From: Bacilli bacterium
GTDB taxonomy: Bacteria; Bacillota_I; Bacilli_A; RFN20; CAG-826
Direction: 5' to 3'
Length of the DNA stretch: 64,000 nucleotides
Assembly (NCBI GenBank): GCA_036657515.1
Contig: JAVXGI010000003.1
Coordinates: 45 to 64,044 of the forward strand
Position numbers and translations under genes: made by a program. Shown here in pieces: positions 1-8,771 of this stretch. Below the pieces are notes generated by a model. The model worked only from the letters and a program-made list of their open reading frames with translations. It searched no databases and was not told where the DNA came from. Numbering within the stretch: position 1 is the first letter of the stretch; each line of letters starts with the position of its first letter.

Positions 1-157
1 AAACGAGTTAAGTGGTAACTCAATTATATAAGAGATACTTTTTTTATACATTGATTTTGTCTTACTAAACTTAAAAAAAGCTAAAGATAAATAAAATAAA
101 AATGCCCTTTTTTCTAAGAGAAGAAAAAAAGGCATTTAAATTAAGTTAGAATAAGAT

Positions 158-850
158 TTATAACTGTGTTTTTTTGGTAATAGCAACGTTATATTCTGCT
201 TTTATTGAAACAATTTGTGATGTAGTAGGAGTAACGATACTTACTTCTTCATGAGTAATTAATCCACGATCATTTAATTCGAGTAAATGTTTTGATTCAG
301 TATCTTTAGCTGAAAGATTAGCATCAATTGTTAAGGCATTTCCTTTTTTAGTATAGGTAATACTACCATTTGCAAATGAAGTAGAAAATTCAACAAAAGA
401 GGTAGAATTAAATGATGCTAAGCTAGCAAGGGAAGTCTTTCCTGTTGCAATTTGATTTTGAGCTTCTGGAGCAGAAATAGAAACACAACTACCAGCAAGA
501 GAAGAACACATGTTATATTGTCCATCAGCTTTAAATATTAAAGCTTCAAGAGACATGTTAGGCATTACGATAGATGAATAATAGTAGAGATCTTTAAGAT
601 CAATATGTACAATTTGATTTAAAGTAGATTCTCCATTAGTTATTGTACTAGCAGTATAGACGATAGAATTTAAGGCATCAAATTCTTGTGAAGCATTATA
701 ACTATTTAAAAGAGTTTTAGCCTCTTCTGATGAAATGCTTGATTCACATGATGTTAAGCCTACTGATAAAAGACAAGCAGCGCTTATTAAAAATATTTTA
801 TTTTTCATATAAATACCCCCTATGAATATTAAAGATAATACACCTTTCAA
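158..850 (-). CDS. putative lipoprotein (signal peptide + lipobox LTSC)
   Basis: 230-aa ORF. N-terminal hydrophobic signal ends in L-T-S-C lipobox. No recognisable catalytic motifs. Confidence 0.55.
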   Translation of the reverse strand: MKGVLSLIFIGGIYMKNKIFLISAACLLSVGLTSCESSISSEEAKTLLNSYNASQEFDALNSIVYTASTITNGESTLNQIVHIDLKDLYYYSSIVMPNMSLEALIFKADGQYNMCSSLAGSCVSISAPEAQNQIATGKTSLASLASFNSTSFVEFSTSFANGSITYTKKGNALTIDANLSAKDTESKHLLELNDRGLITHEEVSIVTPTTSQIVSIKAEYNVAITKKTQL

Positions 851-958
851 TTATGCAAATCAAATGAATAAGTTAAGTATTCTTATTAATAATTAGCAAA
901 AAAACAAAAAAAGATATAAAAAGATGAGCACTTTAGGTGCTCATCTTTATTAATAATT

Positions 959-1810
959 TTATTCAAGAGTAGTTTTTTTGTTTTTTATTGGAGAATTATA
1001 AGTAATGTTACCTTTTGCGGAGACTTCACTATTTTGATACATTCCTGTTCCAGCAAGACTAGTTAATAGACCATAATCATTAAAGGTAAATCTTCCTGTT
1101 TCAAGAAGATAGGTTTCATATGATATTTCTGAGGCTACTTCAAATATAATAGAAGAGGCGCCAGTAACATAAAAGTTTAAGTTACTGACGTAAGCATTAT
1201 TTAATAAGAAGGTTCTTATAAATAATGCTTTGAAAGCATTTTGCTTTGAATTAGCGATAAGTGTTTTAGTTTCTTCTTCGGTCTTATTTCCAGTATTTGT
1301 AGCATTAGGATTACTGCTAAGATATTGATATTGATTATCTATTTTATTAACTAGATCAATGAGTTTTTTATCTAATATAAAAGCATATGTTTCCTTAATA
1401 TATGAATACATATAATATTCTCCTGGAGTATCATCTATTTGTTGAATAAATTTATAAGCATATACTCCTTGAATAGCACTAGCTGTACTTTCTTCTTGAA
1501 TAGTATTTATATAGTTAAATGATTCTGTTTCATTAATTCGTGTAAAAGCAATAGCTAATGCTTCTTCATATGTTATTGGTTCTATTTTATTTGGATCATG
1601 ATCACCAATTGAGACAAAGGAACTAGGTATTGAAATAGGAGTAGTAATACTAGTTGTTGAAGAAGGCTTACTAGAAGTACTAGTAGTAGTAGTTGAAGTA
1701 GAAGAAGACGAAATATTACTAGAAGAACTAGTAGTAGAACTAGTATATCCAGTACACGAGGTTATCATTGCTAAAGGAGCAATTAACGTAAATAATAATT
1801 TTCTTTTCAT
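959..1810 (-). CDS. Ser/Thr-rich (mucin-like linker) lipoprotein
   Basis: 283-aa ORF. Signal peptide with ITSC lipobox, followed by ~45 aa that are almost pure S/T (TSSTTSSSSNISSSSTSTTTTSTSS...), then a globular domain. Confidence 0.55.
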   Translation of the reverse strand: MKRKLLFTLIAPLAMITSCTGYTSSTTSSSSNISSSSTSTTTTSTSSKPSSTTSITTPISIPSSFVSIGDHDPNKIEPITYEEALAIAFTRINETESFNYINTIQEESTASAIQGVYAYKFIQQIDDTPGEYYMYSYIKETYAFILDKKLIDLVNKIDNQYQYLSSNPNATNTGNKTEEETKTLIANSKQNAFKALFIRTFLLNNAYVSNLNFYVTGASSIIFEVASEISYETYLLETGRFTFNDYGLLTSLAGTGMYQNSEVSAKGNITYNSPIKNKKTTLE

Positions 1811-1919
1811 AATATAATTCCTTATATCTAAATTATATAGTTTTATTTACTAAAATGGTATTTTTTTGATTGAATTGTAAATAAAATTATTGTATATTAA
1901 ATAAGCGCAAAGCGTATGT

Positions 1920-1996
1920 GGGCCTTTAGCTCAGTTGGTTAGAGCGCGTCCCTGATAAGGACGAGGTCGATAGTTCGAGCCTATTAAGGCCCACCA
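1920..1996 (+). tRNA. tRNA-Ile (anticodon GAT)
   Basis: Cloverleaf read by eye: acceptor GGGCCTT/AAGGCCC, D-arm AGCTCAGTTGGTTAGAGC, anticodon loop CTGATAA, T-arm GGTTCGAGCC, encoded CCA. Confidence 0.85.
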
Positions 1997-2041
1997 TTAA
2001 ATTTGCAACATACTATTTCTTAGAGATTGAATGAGTTAAGT

Positions 2042-2116
2042 GGACATTTAGCTCAGCGGGAGAGCGCTTCCTTCACACGGAAGAGGCCATAGGTTCAATC
2101 CCTATAATGTCCACCA
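2042..2116 (+). tRNA. tRNA-Val (anticodon CAC)
   Basis: Acceptor GGACATT/AATGTCC, anticodon stem CTTCC/GGAAG with loop TTCACAC, T-arm GGTTCAATCC, encoded CCA. Confidence 0.75.
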
Positions 2117-2122
2117 ATATAC

Positions 2123-2198
2123 GCCGTCTTAGCTCAATTGGCAGAGCAATTGATTTGTAATCAATAGGTTGTTGGTTCGATTCCGATAGACGGCACCA
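2123..2198 (+). tRNA. tRNA-Thr (anticodon TGT)
   Basis: Acceptor GCCGTCT/AGACGGC, anticodon stem ATTGA/TCAAT with loop TTTGTAA, T-arm GGTTCGATTCC, encoded CCA. Confidence 0.8.
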
Positions 2199-2207
2199 GA
2201 AAAAAAC

Positions 2208-2241
2208 AATAAATCGATCCTTACGAAGGATCGATTTTTTA
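2208..2241 (+). terminator. rho-independent terminator after tRNA cluster
   Basis: Hairpin AATCGATCCTT-ACGA-AGGATCGATT followed by a T-run. Confidence 0.7.
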
Positions 2242-2504
2242 TATTTTACGTTTATTTTCTAACGTCATAAATCGATTTTGATACGTAAACGTAAAAGATA
2301 TTTATACTCGAACCCACGAACTAAATTTAAAAAGAAAAAAGATTTAAAACAAATAACGTATAAGTAAAAGTAAATTGAATTGAAAATATTTAACTTAAAA
2401 GTTTAATATTTTCAAAATAATAAAACTAGATTATAATGGTATTATTCAAAGTGAAAACATGAGTTATTAAAGTTTGTTAAATAAATAATTTTAGGTAAAG
2501 AAAG

Positions 2505-3155
2505 ATGAATAAAGAATGGTCGGAAAAAAATAAAGAAGTAAAATTATTGTTAAATAATAGAGTTTCTTTTAATAAAGGAATTAAAGAATTAATAAAGTTA
2601 AGAACTCTATTATTTTATTATTGGTTTGATTCTATGAAAGAATTATCAAATGATGATTATTCAAAACAACCTTTTATTGCTAAAGAAGGATATGAATCTA
2701 AAACAATTTCTTATTCTATTTATCATGTATTTAGAATTGAAGATATTGTATTAAATACATTAATAAAAAACAAACAACAAATTTTTACGAGAGATAATTA
2801 CCAAAATAAAATGAATTCATCAATTATTACAACAGGAAACGAATTAAAAAAGGAATGTATTTTTAATTTTTCTAAAAAATTAAAAATAGAAGAATTGTGG
2901 AATTATGCAAAAGAAGTATTTGAAGAATCAAATGAACGGTTATCTTTACTTACGTTTGAAGATTTAGGAATAATATATTCTGAAGAAGATAAGAATAGAA
3001 TTAGAATAACTAATACAATAGCTCCAAGTGAAATGTGGTTGATTGACTATTGGTGTGATAAAAATATTAAAGGGTTATTAGGAATGCCGTTTTCACGTCA
3101 TTATATAATGCATTTAGAAGCATCGCTTAGAATCAAGAATAAGATTGTTAGATAA
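2505..3155 (+). CDS. hypothetical protein
   Basis: 216-aa ORF with no motif I can assign. AT-rich, preceded by a long non-coding stretch. Confidence 0.4.
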   Translation: MNKEWSEKNKEVKLLLNNRVSFNKGIKELIKLRTLLFYYWFDSMKELSNDDYSKQPFIAKEGYESKTISYSIYHVFRIEDIVLNTLIKNKQQIFTRDNYQNKMNSSIITTGNELKKECIFNFSKKLKIEELWNYAKEVFEESNERLSLLTFEDLGIIYSEEDKNRIRITNTIAPSEMWLIDYWCDKNIKGLLGMPFSRHYIMHLEASLRIKNKIVR

Positions 3156-3441
3156 ATAAAGTCATTAATATAAAACAAACACTTTAAGGATAAATCAAGG
3201 GATTATAAATTGAGTGGTTATGTTTAAACTATTTGTTATTTGTAATTACATGTATATAAGAAACGTCTATGAGGACTGGTGCTGATTGCATTGTTGATAT
3301 TAACAGGGAAAAGAAGTTTTATTAATTTAATTTATTTTTTTAATGAAAGACAGTGTTTCTATTTTAATAACGTTAAACTTAGTATCTAACCTCAATTAAA
3401 TAACGTAAACATACATCAATTAAATAACGAAATTATACGTA

Positions 3442-3469
3442 TTGACATATCTTGAATAGGTTCTATAAT
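3442..3469 (+). promoter_or_regulatory. sigma-70 type promoter (TTGACA-16bp-TATAAT) with long structured 5' leader, copy 1
   Basis: Consensus -35/-10 hexamers read directly. The ~100-nt leader carries an 11-bp inverted repeat, ATTTGAAAATA (3494-3504) / TATTTTCAAAT (3529-3539). The whole ~190-bp block is repeated at 4477-4645. Confidence 0.6.
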
Positions 3470-3569
3470 ATTTTAAAAGAAGACATTTTATTATTTGAAA
3501 ATATTGGCTTGTAATTAAATAATGGCTCTATTTTCAAATAATATATTTTTCAATTAAAAGGAGAAGAAT

Positions 3570-3923
3570 ATGGATGTTAAAGAACATAAATTTAAAATAG
3601 GAGATGCAGTAGTCCTAAAGGAAAGAGACCCTAAGTGGGATGAAGAAGTTATTATAGAACTAATCGTTGGTTATGTCGAGGATCCTAAACTTACGTATAT
3701 TAGCGATATAGAACGAGCTGAGTTATTAGAATCAAATTATGAGTATGTAATTGAATTTGTTGGCTGTGATTGTGGATGGGGCACACTAAGCAACAGACAA
3801 TATGTCAAAGAGTCACAAATTTATAAATGTAAATATAATTCTATCGAAGACTATGAAGATTGGGAATTTGTAGAGGATGCACGAGAAATACTTAGAAAAC
3901 GTGAAAATTCAAATAACAAATGA
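3570..3923 (+). CDS. small acidic Cys-containing protein (117 aa), paralog copy A
   Basis: Good RBS (AAAAGGAGAAGAATATG). It is 117 aa with a CDCGWG motif and an N-terminal KFKIGDAV motif. A near-identical paralog lies at 6346-6699. Confidence 0.7.
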   Translation: MDVKEHKFKIGDAVVLKERDPKWDEEVIIELIVGYVEDPKLTYISDIERAELLESNYEYVIEFVGCDCGWGTLSNRQYVKESQIYKCKYNSIEDYEDWEFVEDAREILRKRENSNNK

Positions 3924-3955
3924 TTCAAAATATCAAAAGTTGTCCAATAAAATAG

Positions 3956-4210
3956 TTGCTTATTAAAGATGATTCTAAACCAGCATATTTATTTTTGCTT
4001 TTTCATACATTATTATTTTGTCATTTGTGTAAGAATGGCGAAGAATACAATAATGAATACATAGAGTGGGTTAAAAAAGTGTTTACTGATATGTTTCCTG
4101 AGAATATTAATGTAGTATACTTTGCTATTTATACACTTAAAAATAATGAAGTAGTAGAAGTTTATAGACCTGTTTTGCATAAAAAAGATTTTGAAATTCT
4201 AACCACTTGA
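3956..4210 (+). pseudogene. 3' gene fragment homologous to the C-terminus of the 127-aa protein at 7035-7418 (orphan cassette)
   Basis: No RBS. The last ~50 codons (IEWVKKVFTDMFPENINVVYFAIYTLKNNEVVEVYRPVLH.KDFEI) are nearly identical to the 3' end of 7035-7418, while the N-terminal part is unrelated. Confidence 0.55.
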
Positions 4211-4476
4211 ATGAGCAAACTTTAATGTAAAGCGTCAGTTTTGCTATTTTTTATTTTTCTCATAACAAATTTAATAGCGAACCTGTTTTTTTAGGTCTTA
4301 TCTATAGCAAAAAACACTTTAAACTAAAAACATAAAAGGTATTTATGTTCAAATAAAATATAATAATGCATGTTTTTCAAAAAAAGCATGAAAACAACTT
4401 TTTTACTTTATAATTTTGTAATTTACATCTGTTTCACATTTTATGGTTTGATTCTTATTTAATTTGTAATGAAATT

Positions 4477-4645
4477 GTTGTCTAACCTCACCTCAATTAA
4501 ATAACGAAATTATACGTATTGACATATTTAAAACACATTCTATAATATTTTAAAGAAGACATTTTATTATTTGAAAATATTGGCTTGTAATTAAATAACG
4601 GCTCTATTTTCAAATAATATATTTTTCAATTAAAAGGAGAAAAAT
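4477..4645 (+). promoter_or_regulatory. second copy of the promoter + structured leader (TTGACA 4519-4524, TATAAT 4541-4546)
   Basis: Near-identical to 3381-3569, including the 11-bp inverted repeat (4569-4579 / 4605-4615) and the RBS. Here it drives the unrelated 473-aa gene. Confidence 0.6.
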
Positions 4646-6067
4646 ATGGGATTTAAGAAAAAATTATTGTTTCTAACTTGTTTAGCATTTACATTTATTA
4701 CAGTATGTAGACCGATTGCTTCTTCAAATGAATATGAGAAAGTTGAGAAAAATTTACTTACAGAAGTAAAAAGAGCAATTAACGTTTCTAATGAAGAAGA
4801 TATTAATAATCCTGATTTTATTTTCGATAATTCAATTAATGAATACAAAAAACAATTTGCAGAATATATTAATATAACTGGTTTGAATGTTAGCGAAAAG
4901 GACGAAATAGAACTTCCAAACTTTAATTTATCTTATATTGCACCAAATTACAGTGATGTGATGTTAGGATATCAAACAAAACTTGAAAATAGTTTATCTA
5001 CAGAAGATCTAGTTAAGTATGAAGAACTTAGACATCAAGATTTTAATTTTGATAGATATGTTGCTTTAAATTGCGTTAAATACGAAAATTTAACGCCAAC
5101 CTTAAAATATAGCCATAATATTTGTCCTATTCAACCGATTAATCCTGTTACTCCTTTAAATCCTGCAATCAATGTAGGCGATGTTTCGACTAGAGCGGTT
5201 GTTGCTGGAACTTCAGCGATAGTTTCGATTTTAACTATGGCCGGTTTAGGACAGACTGCAATTACAGCTTTTACCGCCTGTATTTCAACAATTACTGCAG
5301 GTCTTTCTACAAGCTGGATTCCATTTATTGGTTGGATACTTGCTATTGCAATAGTCACTGGAGCTTTAATTGCTTTAGTGGTAATTATTGTTCAAAATTG
5401 GGAAGCTATTTGCGACGCGATGGAACAAATTAAATCATGGTTTTTGGAACAATTTGCAAGCTTTGCTGCTTTAATAACTTCATTTTTTGCTGATGCAATC
5501 GCAAAAGGAATTGAATCAACAATTGCTGGAAGAGATCACATAGGAAATAAAGAATTGGTATGGAAATCAAAAACTGTTGAAAAAGAGAGCGCTATTGCAT
5601 TGACAGAATCGTTAAGAAGAGATAAAAAAAGAATATTTTTAATGAAAAATGTTAGAAAGAAAGTCAATCCAATTGATAATGGGATGTATGTTAATTATTG
5701 GACCACTGATGGATACTATGATGAGGATTTTGTAACATCATTTAATCTTTATGATTACGGTATAAGTACATATACTTGGTACAATGATAATGCAAGGCGT
5801 CTTATGCTTAATGGAAGTACGAAAATACAATATAATCCCACTGAATATACAATTATGTATCATAATTTTTTAATAAATGATACAGCACTAAATGGATGGA
5901 ATCACTATCATATTTATGGAGTAAAATTAAATAGTGAGACTAATCAAAAGGAATATAACGATTTACACGGAGATTTACTTCATAAAGCTCATTCATTCTT
6001 TGGCCTTATGTATCTTAAATCTATTGATGGACAAATTGAGACACAAACTTTTCCAAAAAATCCATAA
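4646..6067 (+). CDS. secreted/membrane protein: signal peptide, N-domain, two hydrophobic helices (Gly/Ala/Thr-rich hairpin), aromatic His-rich C-terminal domain
   Basis: 473-aa ORF. N-terminal signal (possible lipobox ITVC), ~70-aa hydrophobic segment AVVAGTSAIVSILTMAGLGQTAITAFTACISTITAGLSTSWIPFIGWILAIAIVTGALIALVVIIV, and a C-terminal region rich in Y/W/H (HYHIYGVK, LHGDLLHKAHSFFG). Confidence 0.65.
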   Translation: MGFKKKLLFLTCLAFTFITVCRPIASSNEYEKVEKNLLTEVKRAINVSNEEDINNPDFIFDNSINEYKKQFAEYINITGLNVSEKDEIELPNFNLSYIAPNYSDVMLGYQTKLENSLSTEDLVKYEELRHQDFNFDRYVALNCVKYENLTPTLKYSHNICPIQPINPVTPLNPAINVGDVSTRAVVAGTSAIVSILTMAGLGQTAITAFTACISTITAGLSTSWIPFIGWILAIAIVTGALIALVVIIVQNWEAICDAMEQIKSWFLEQFASFAALITSFFADAIAKGIESTIAGRDHIGNKELVWKSKTVEKESAIALTESLRRDKKRIFLMKNVRKKVNPIDNGMYVNYWTTDGYYDEDFVTSFNLYDYGISTYTWYNDNARRLMLNGSTKIQYNPTEYTIMYHNFLINDTALNGWNHYHIYGVKLNSETNQKEYNDLHGDLLHKAHSFFGLMYLKSIDGQIETQTFPKNP

Positions 6068-6345
6068 TTAAATATAGTTTAAACATATGTGGTAGTGTAC
6101 ATCAAGAAAAATGAGAAATACAACGAATTCAATTATGGTGTATAAATTGTTATCGACTATGTTAAAAAAAACATGAATATATGATTATACTGCGAATGAA
6201 TATTTTGAACTTACAAAAGATATACAGGTTAAATTTCAAAAAAGAAAATATAGATCTACATAAGTTTCAATATCATTAATACGATTAATTATTAAAAGAT
6301 TTAAGCATAATACTTATTATTACGAAAATTTAAAAGGAGAAGAAT

Positions 6346-6699
6346 ATGGATGTTAAAGAACATAAATTTAAAATAGGAGACGCAGTAATCCTAAAGGAAA
6401 GAGACCCTAGTTGGAATGAAGAAGATGTTATAGAAATGATTGTTGGTTATGTTGAGGATCCTAAACTTACGTATATTAGTGATAGAAAAAGAGCTGAGTT
6501 ATTAGAATTAAATTATGAGTATGTAATTGAATTTGTTGGCTGTGATTGCGGATGTGGCACACTAAGCAACAGACAATATGTCAAAGAGTCACAAATTTAT
6601 AAATGTAAATATAATTCTATCGAAGACTATGAAGATTGGGAATTTGTAGAGGATGCACGAGAAATACTTAGAAAACGTGAAAATTCAAATAACAAATGA
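6346..6699 (+). CDS. small acidic Cys-containing protein (117 aa), paralog copy B
   Basis: About 90% identical to 3570-3923, with the same RBS but different upstream sequence. Motif is CDCGCG. Confidence 0.7.
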   Translation: MDVKEHKFKIGDAVILKERDPSWNEEDVIEMIVGYVEDPKLTYISDRKRAELLELNYEYVIEFVGCDCGCGTLSNRQYVKESQIYKCKYNSIEDYEDWEFVEDAREILRKRENSNNK

Positions 6700-6731
6700 T
6701 TCAAAATATCAAAAGTTGTCCAATAAAATAG

Positions 6732-6986
6732 TTGCTTATTAAAGATGATTCTAAACCAGCATATTTATTTTTGCTTTTTCATACATTATTATTTTGTCAT
6801 TTGTGTAAGAATGGCGAAGAATACAATAATGAATACATAGAGTGGGTTAAAAAAGTGTTTACTGATATGTTTCCTGAGAATATTAATGTAGTATACTTTG
6901 CTATTTATACACTTAAAAATAATGAAGTAGTAGAAGTTTATAGACCTGTTTTGCATAGAAAAGATTTTGAAATTTCGACAACTTGA
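6732..6986 (+). pseudogene. second copy of the 3' gene fragment (orphan cassette)
   Basis: Near-identical to 3956-4210. No RBS. Confidence 0.5.
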
Positions 6987-7034
6987 GCAAGTTCATCCAT
7001 TGAGTCCTCAAAATTAACTATTGGAGGTAGTTTT

Positions 7035-7418
7035 ATGAAATTTAAATATGGCGACTTAGTATATAGCACAGAATTAAGAAAAATAGAACATCTTTTTCCA
7101 ATGCTTGTTATTAAGTTTTACAGTAAAAAAGATAAGTATTTATGCTTAACTGCATCAAGGTATTCTCCAGGTGATGAAGGCACTATTTTTTATCTTGTGG
7201 CCGAAAGTGAATTAACTATGTTTGAACATTTTGACGGCGAGGATGGCGAAGAATTCAATGATGATCATATAGAGTGGGTTAAAAAAGTGTTTACTGATAT
7301 GTTTCCTGAGAATATTAATGTAGTATACTTTGCTATTTATACACTTAAAAATAATGAAGTAGTAGAAGTTTATAGACCTGTTTTGCATAGAAAAGATTTT
7401 GAAATTCCAACAACTTGA
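7035..7418 (+). CDS. 127-aa protein; N-terminal KFKYGDLV motif, C-terminal domain shared with the two upstream fragments
   Basis: RBS GGAGG precedes the ATG. The C-terminal 50 aa are identical to the fragments at 3956-4210 and 6732-6986. The N-terminus resembles the N-terminus of the 117-aa proteins (KFK-GD-V). Confidence 0.65.
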   Translation: MKFKYGDLVYSTELRKIEHLFPMLVIKFYSKKDKYLCLTASRYSPGDEGTIFYLVAESELTMFEHFDGEDGEEFNDDHIEWVKKVFTDMFPENINVVYFAIYTLKNNEVVEVYRPVLHRKDFEIPTT

Positions 7419-7621
7419 ATGAGCAAGCCTTAATTTTTTTAGTTCTTTTTAATAAAAAACTCTTTTAACTAAAAACATAAAAGATACATGTGCTGTGAAA
7501 GTATCAGATTAGACACATAAAAATAATACTGTAAACTATCTTTCTAAATTTTATGAGTTAAGTATGACTAATGGTTATTTCATTTTTAATAGTAAAAAGA
7601 CATATTAACTTATTTATTATT

Positions 7622-8533
7622 CTATTTCGCATTCTTAATAAATTTATCTATTTCATCATTACATTTAATTGATTCTTTTTTGTTAGGAGCAGTTACATTA
7701 AAAACATGTATTGCATCAGGTGATGATTCATAATAAAACGAAAAAGATATATCATCTTTAATGAATAATTCTTTTAATTTAAATGCTTGCTCACCTACTA
7801 CGCTATCACCCTTACTTGTTACTATTAATATATTAGTTACTTTATTCATTAAAGATGATATATCTTCAAAAGAATAAGCATTCTTTATTGATTTATTCTT
7901 ATTAATCATTAAGTTATTAAACTTATTAACAGCTATTTTATTTAAGATATTATGATGTAACATAATTTTCATATCACGAACAAATGGAGCTGGATGATTT
8001 AATATAAGATTTTTAATCTTAATATCAATATGTTTTACTTTATATAAAGCTTGAAGTTCATTATTTTCATTAATAATATCAAATAATAGTGCAAGATGTC
8101 CACCAGCACTATTTCCTGCTAATGTAATATTATTTTTATCATATGAATATTTGTTATTTAATTTAACAATGTTTGAAATAGAAGCAAAGACATCTTGCAC
8201 CATTTCACTAATTCCTACTTCTGGAATTAATCTATAATTAATAGAAACTACAAGATAGCCTCTTCGTGCAAAATCCATTGCGTATAATCCATTAAGATTT
8301 TCATCTCCATAAATCCATGCTCCACCATGAAGCACGATAAGAAGAGGCTTTAAATCTTCTTTGTTTCTATTAATATAGAAGTTTTGTTTAAGAAGAGTTG
8401 AAGTGGTAGAAAACGTTTCAGGAAAGACATCAATATCTTTAACGTTAGATTGAGACTTTATAAATGGTTCATCATGGATTCTCATTTTTTCTTTAAGATC
8501 TAGAATTTGCTTTGTTAAGTATTTATTAAACAT
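7622..8533 (-). CDS. alpha/beta-hydrolase fold esterase/lipase (Aes-like)
   Basis: HGGAW oxyanion motif (LHGGAWIYGD), nucleophile elbow GNSAGGH, and a later His. Confidence 0.7.
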   Translation of the reverse strand: MFNKYLTKQILDLKEKMRIHDEPFIKSQSNVKDIDVFPETFSTTSTLLKQNFYINRNKEDLKPLLIVLHGGAWIYGDENLNGLYAMDFARRGYLVVSINYRLIPEVGISEMVQDVFASISNIVKLNNKYSYDKNNITLAGNSAGGHLALLFDIINENNELQALYKVKHIDIKIKNLILNHPAPFVRDMKIMLHHNILNKIAVNKFNNLMINKNKSIKNAYSFEDISSLMNKVTNILIVTSKGDSVVGEQAFKLKELFIKDDISFSFYYESSPDAIHVFNVTAPNKKESIKCNDEIDKFIKNAK

Positions 8534-8621
8534 ATTGTTACCTCTTTATTATTATAAATAATTAGAATGTTAATACAAATGAATGTAAATATATTATTAA
8601 TTGTGGTATATTATTTAAGTC

Positions 8622-8705
8622 GCTGGTATGGCGGAATGGTAGACGCGCTAGACTTAGAATCTAGTGGGTAATCCCGTGCAAGTTCAAGTCTTGTTACCAG
8701 CACCA
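8622..8705 (+). tRNA. tRNA-Leu (anticodon TAG), long variable arm
   Basis: Acceptor GCTGGTA/TACCAGC, anticodon stem CTAGA/TCTAG with loop CTTAGAA, long extra arm, encoded CCA. Confidence 0.8.
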
Positions 8706-8717
8706 ATAAATAATAAA

Positions 8718-8746
8718 ACGAACTCATTAGATGGGTTCGTTTTTTC
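8718..8746 (+). terminator. rho-independent terminator
   Basis: Hairpin AACGAACTCAT-TAGA-TGGGTTCGTT followed by TTTTT. Confidence 0.65.
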
Positions 8747-8771
8747 TTTAAAGTTATTTTTATTAACGGGA

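Noticed and set aside
4630-5358. Minus-strand ORFs 4630-4848 and 5131-5358 inside or antisense to the 473-aa gene
   Set aside because: They lie entirely antisense to a longer ORF with a good RBS and have no RBS of their own. They read as typical shadow ORFs in AT-rich DNA.
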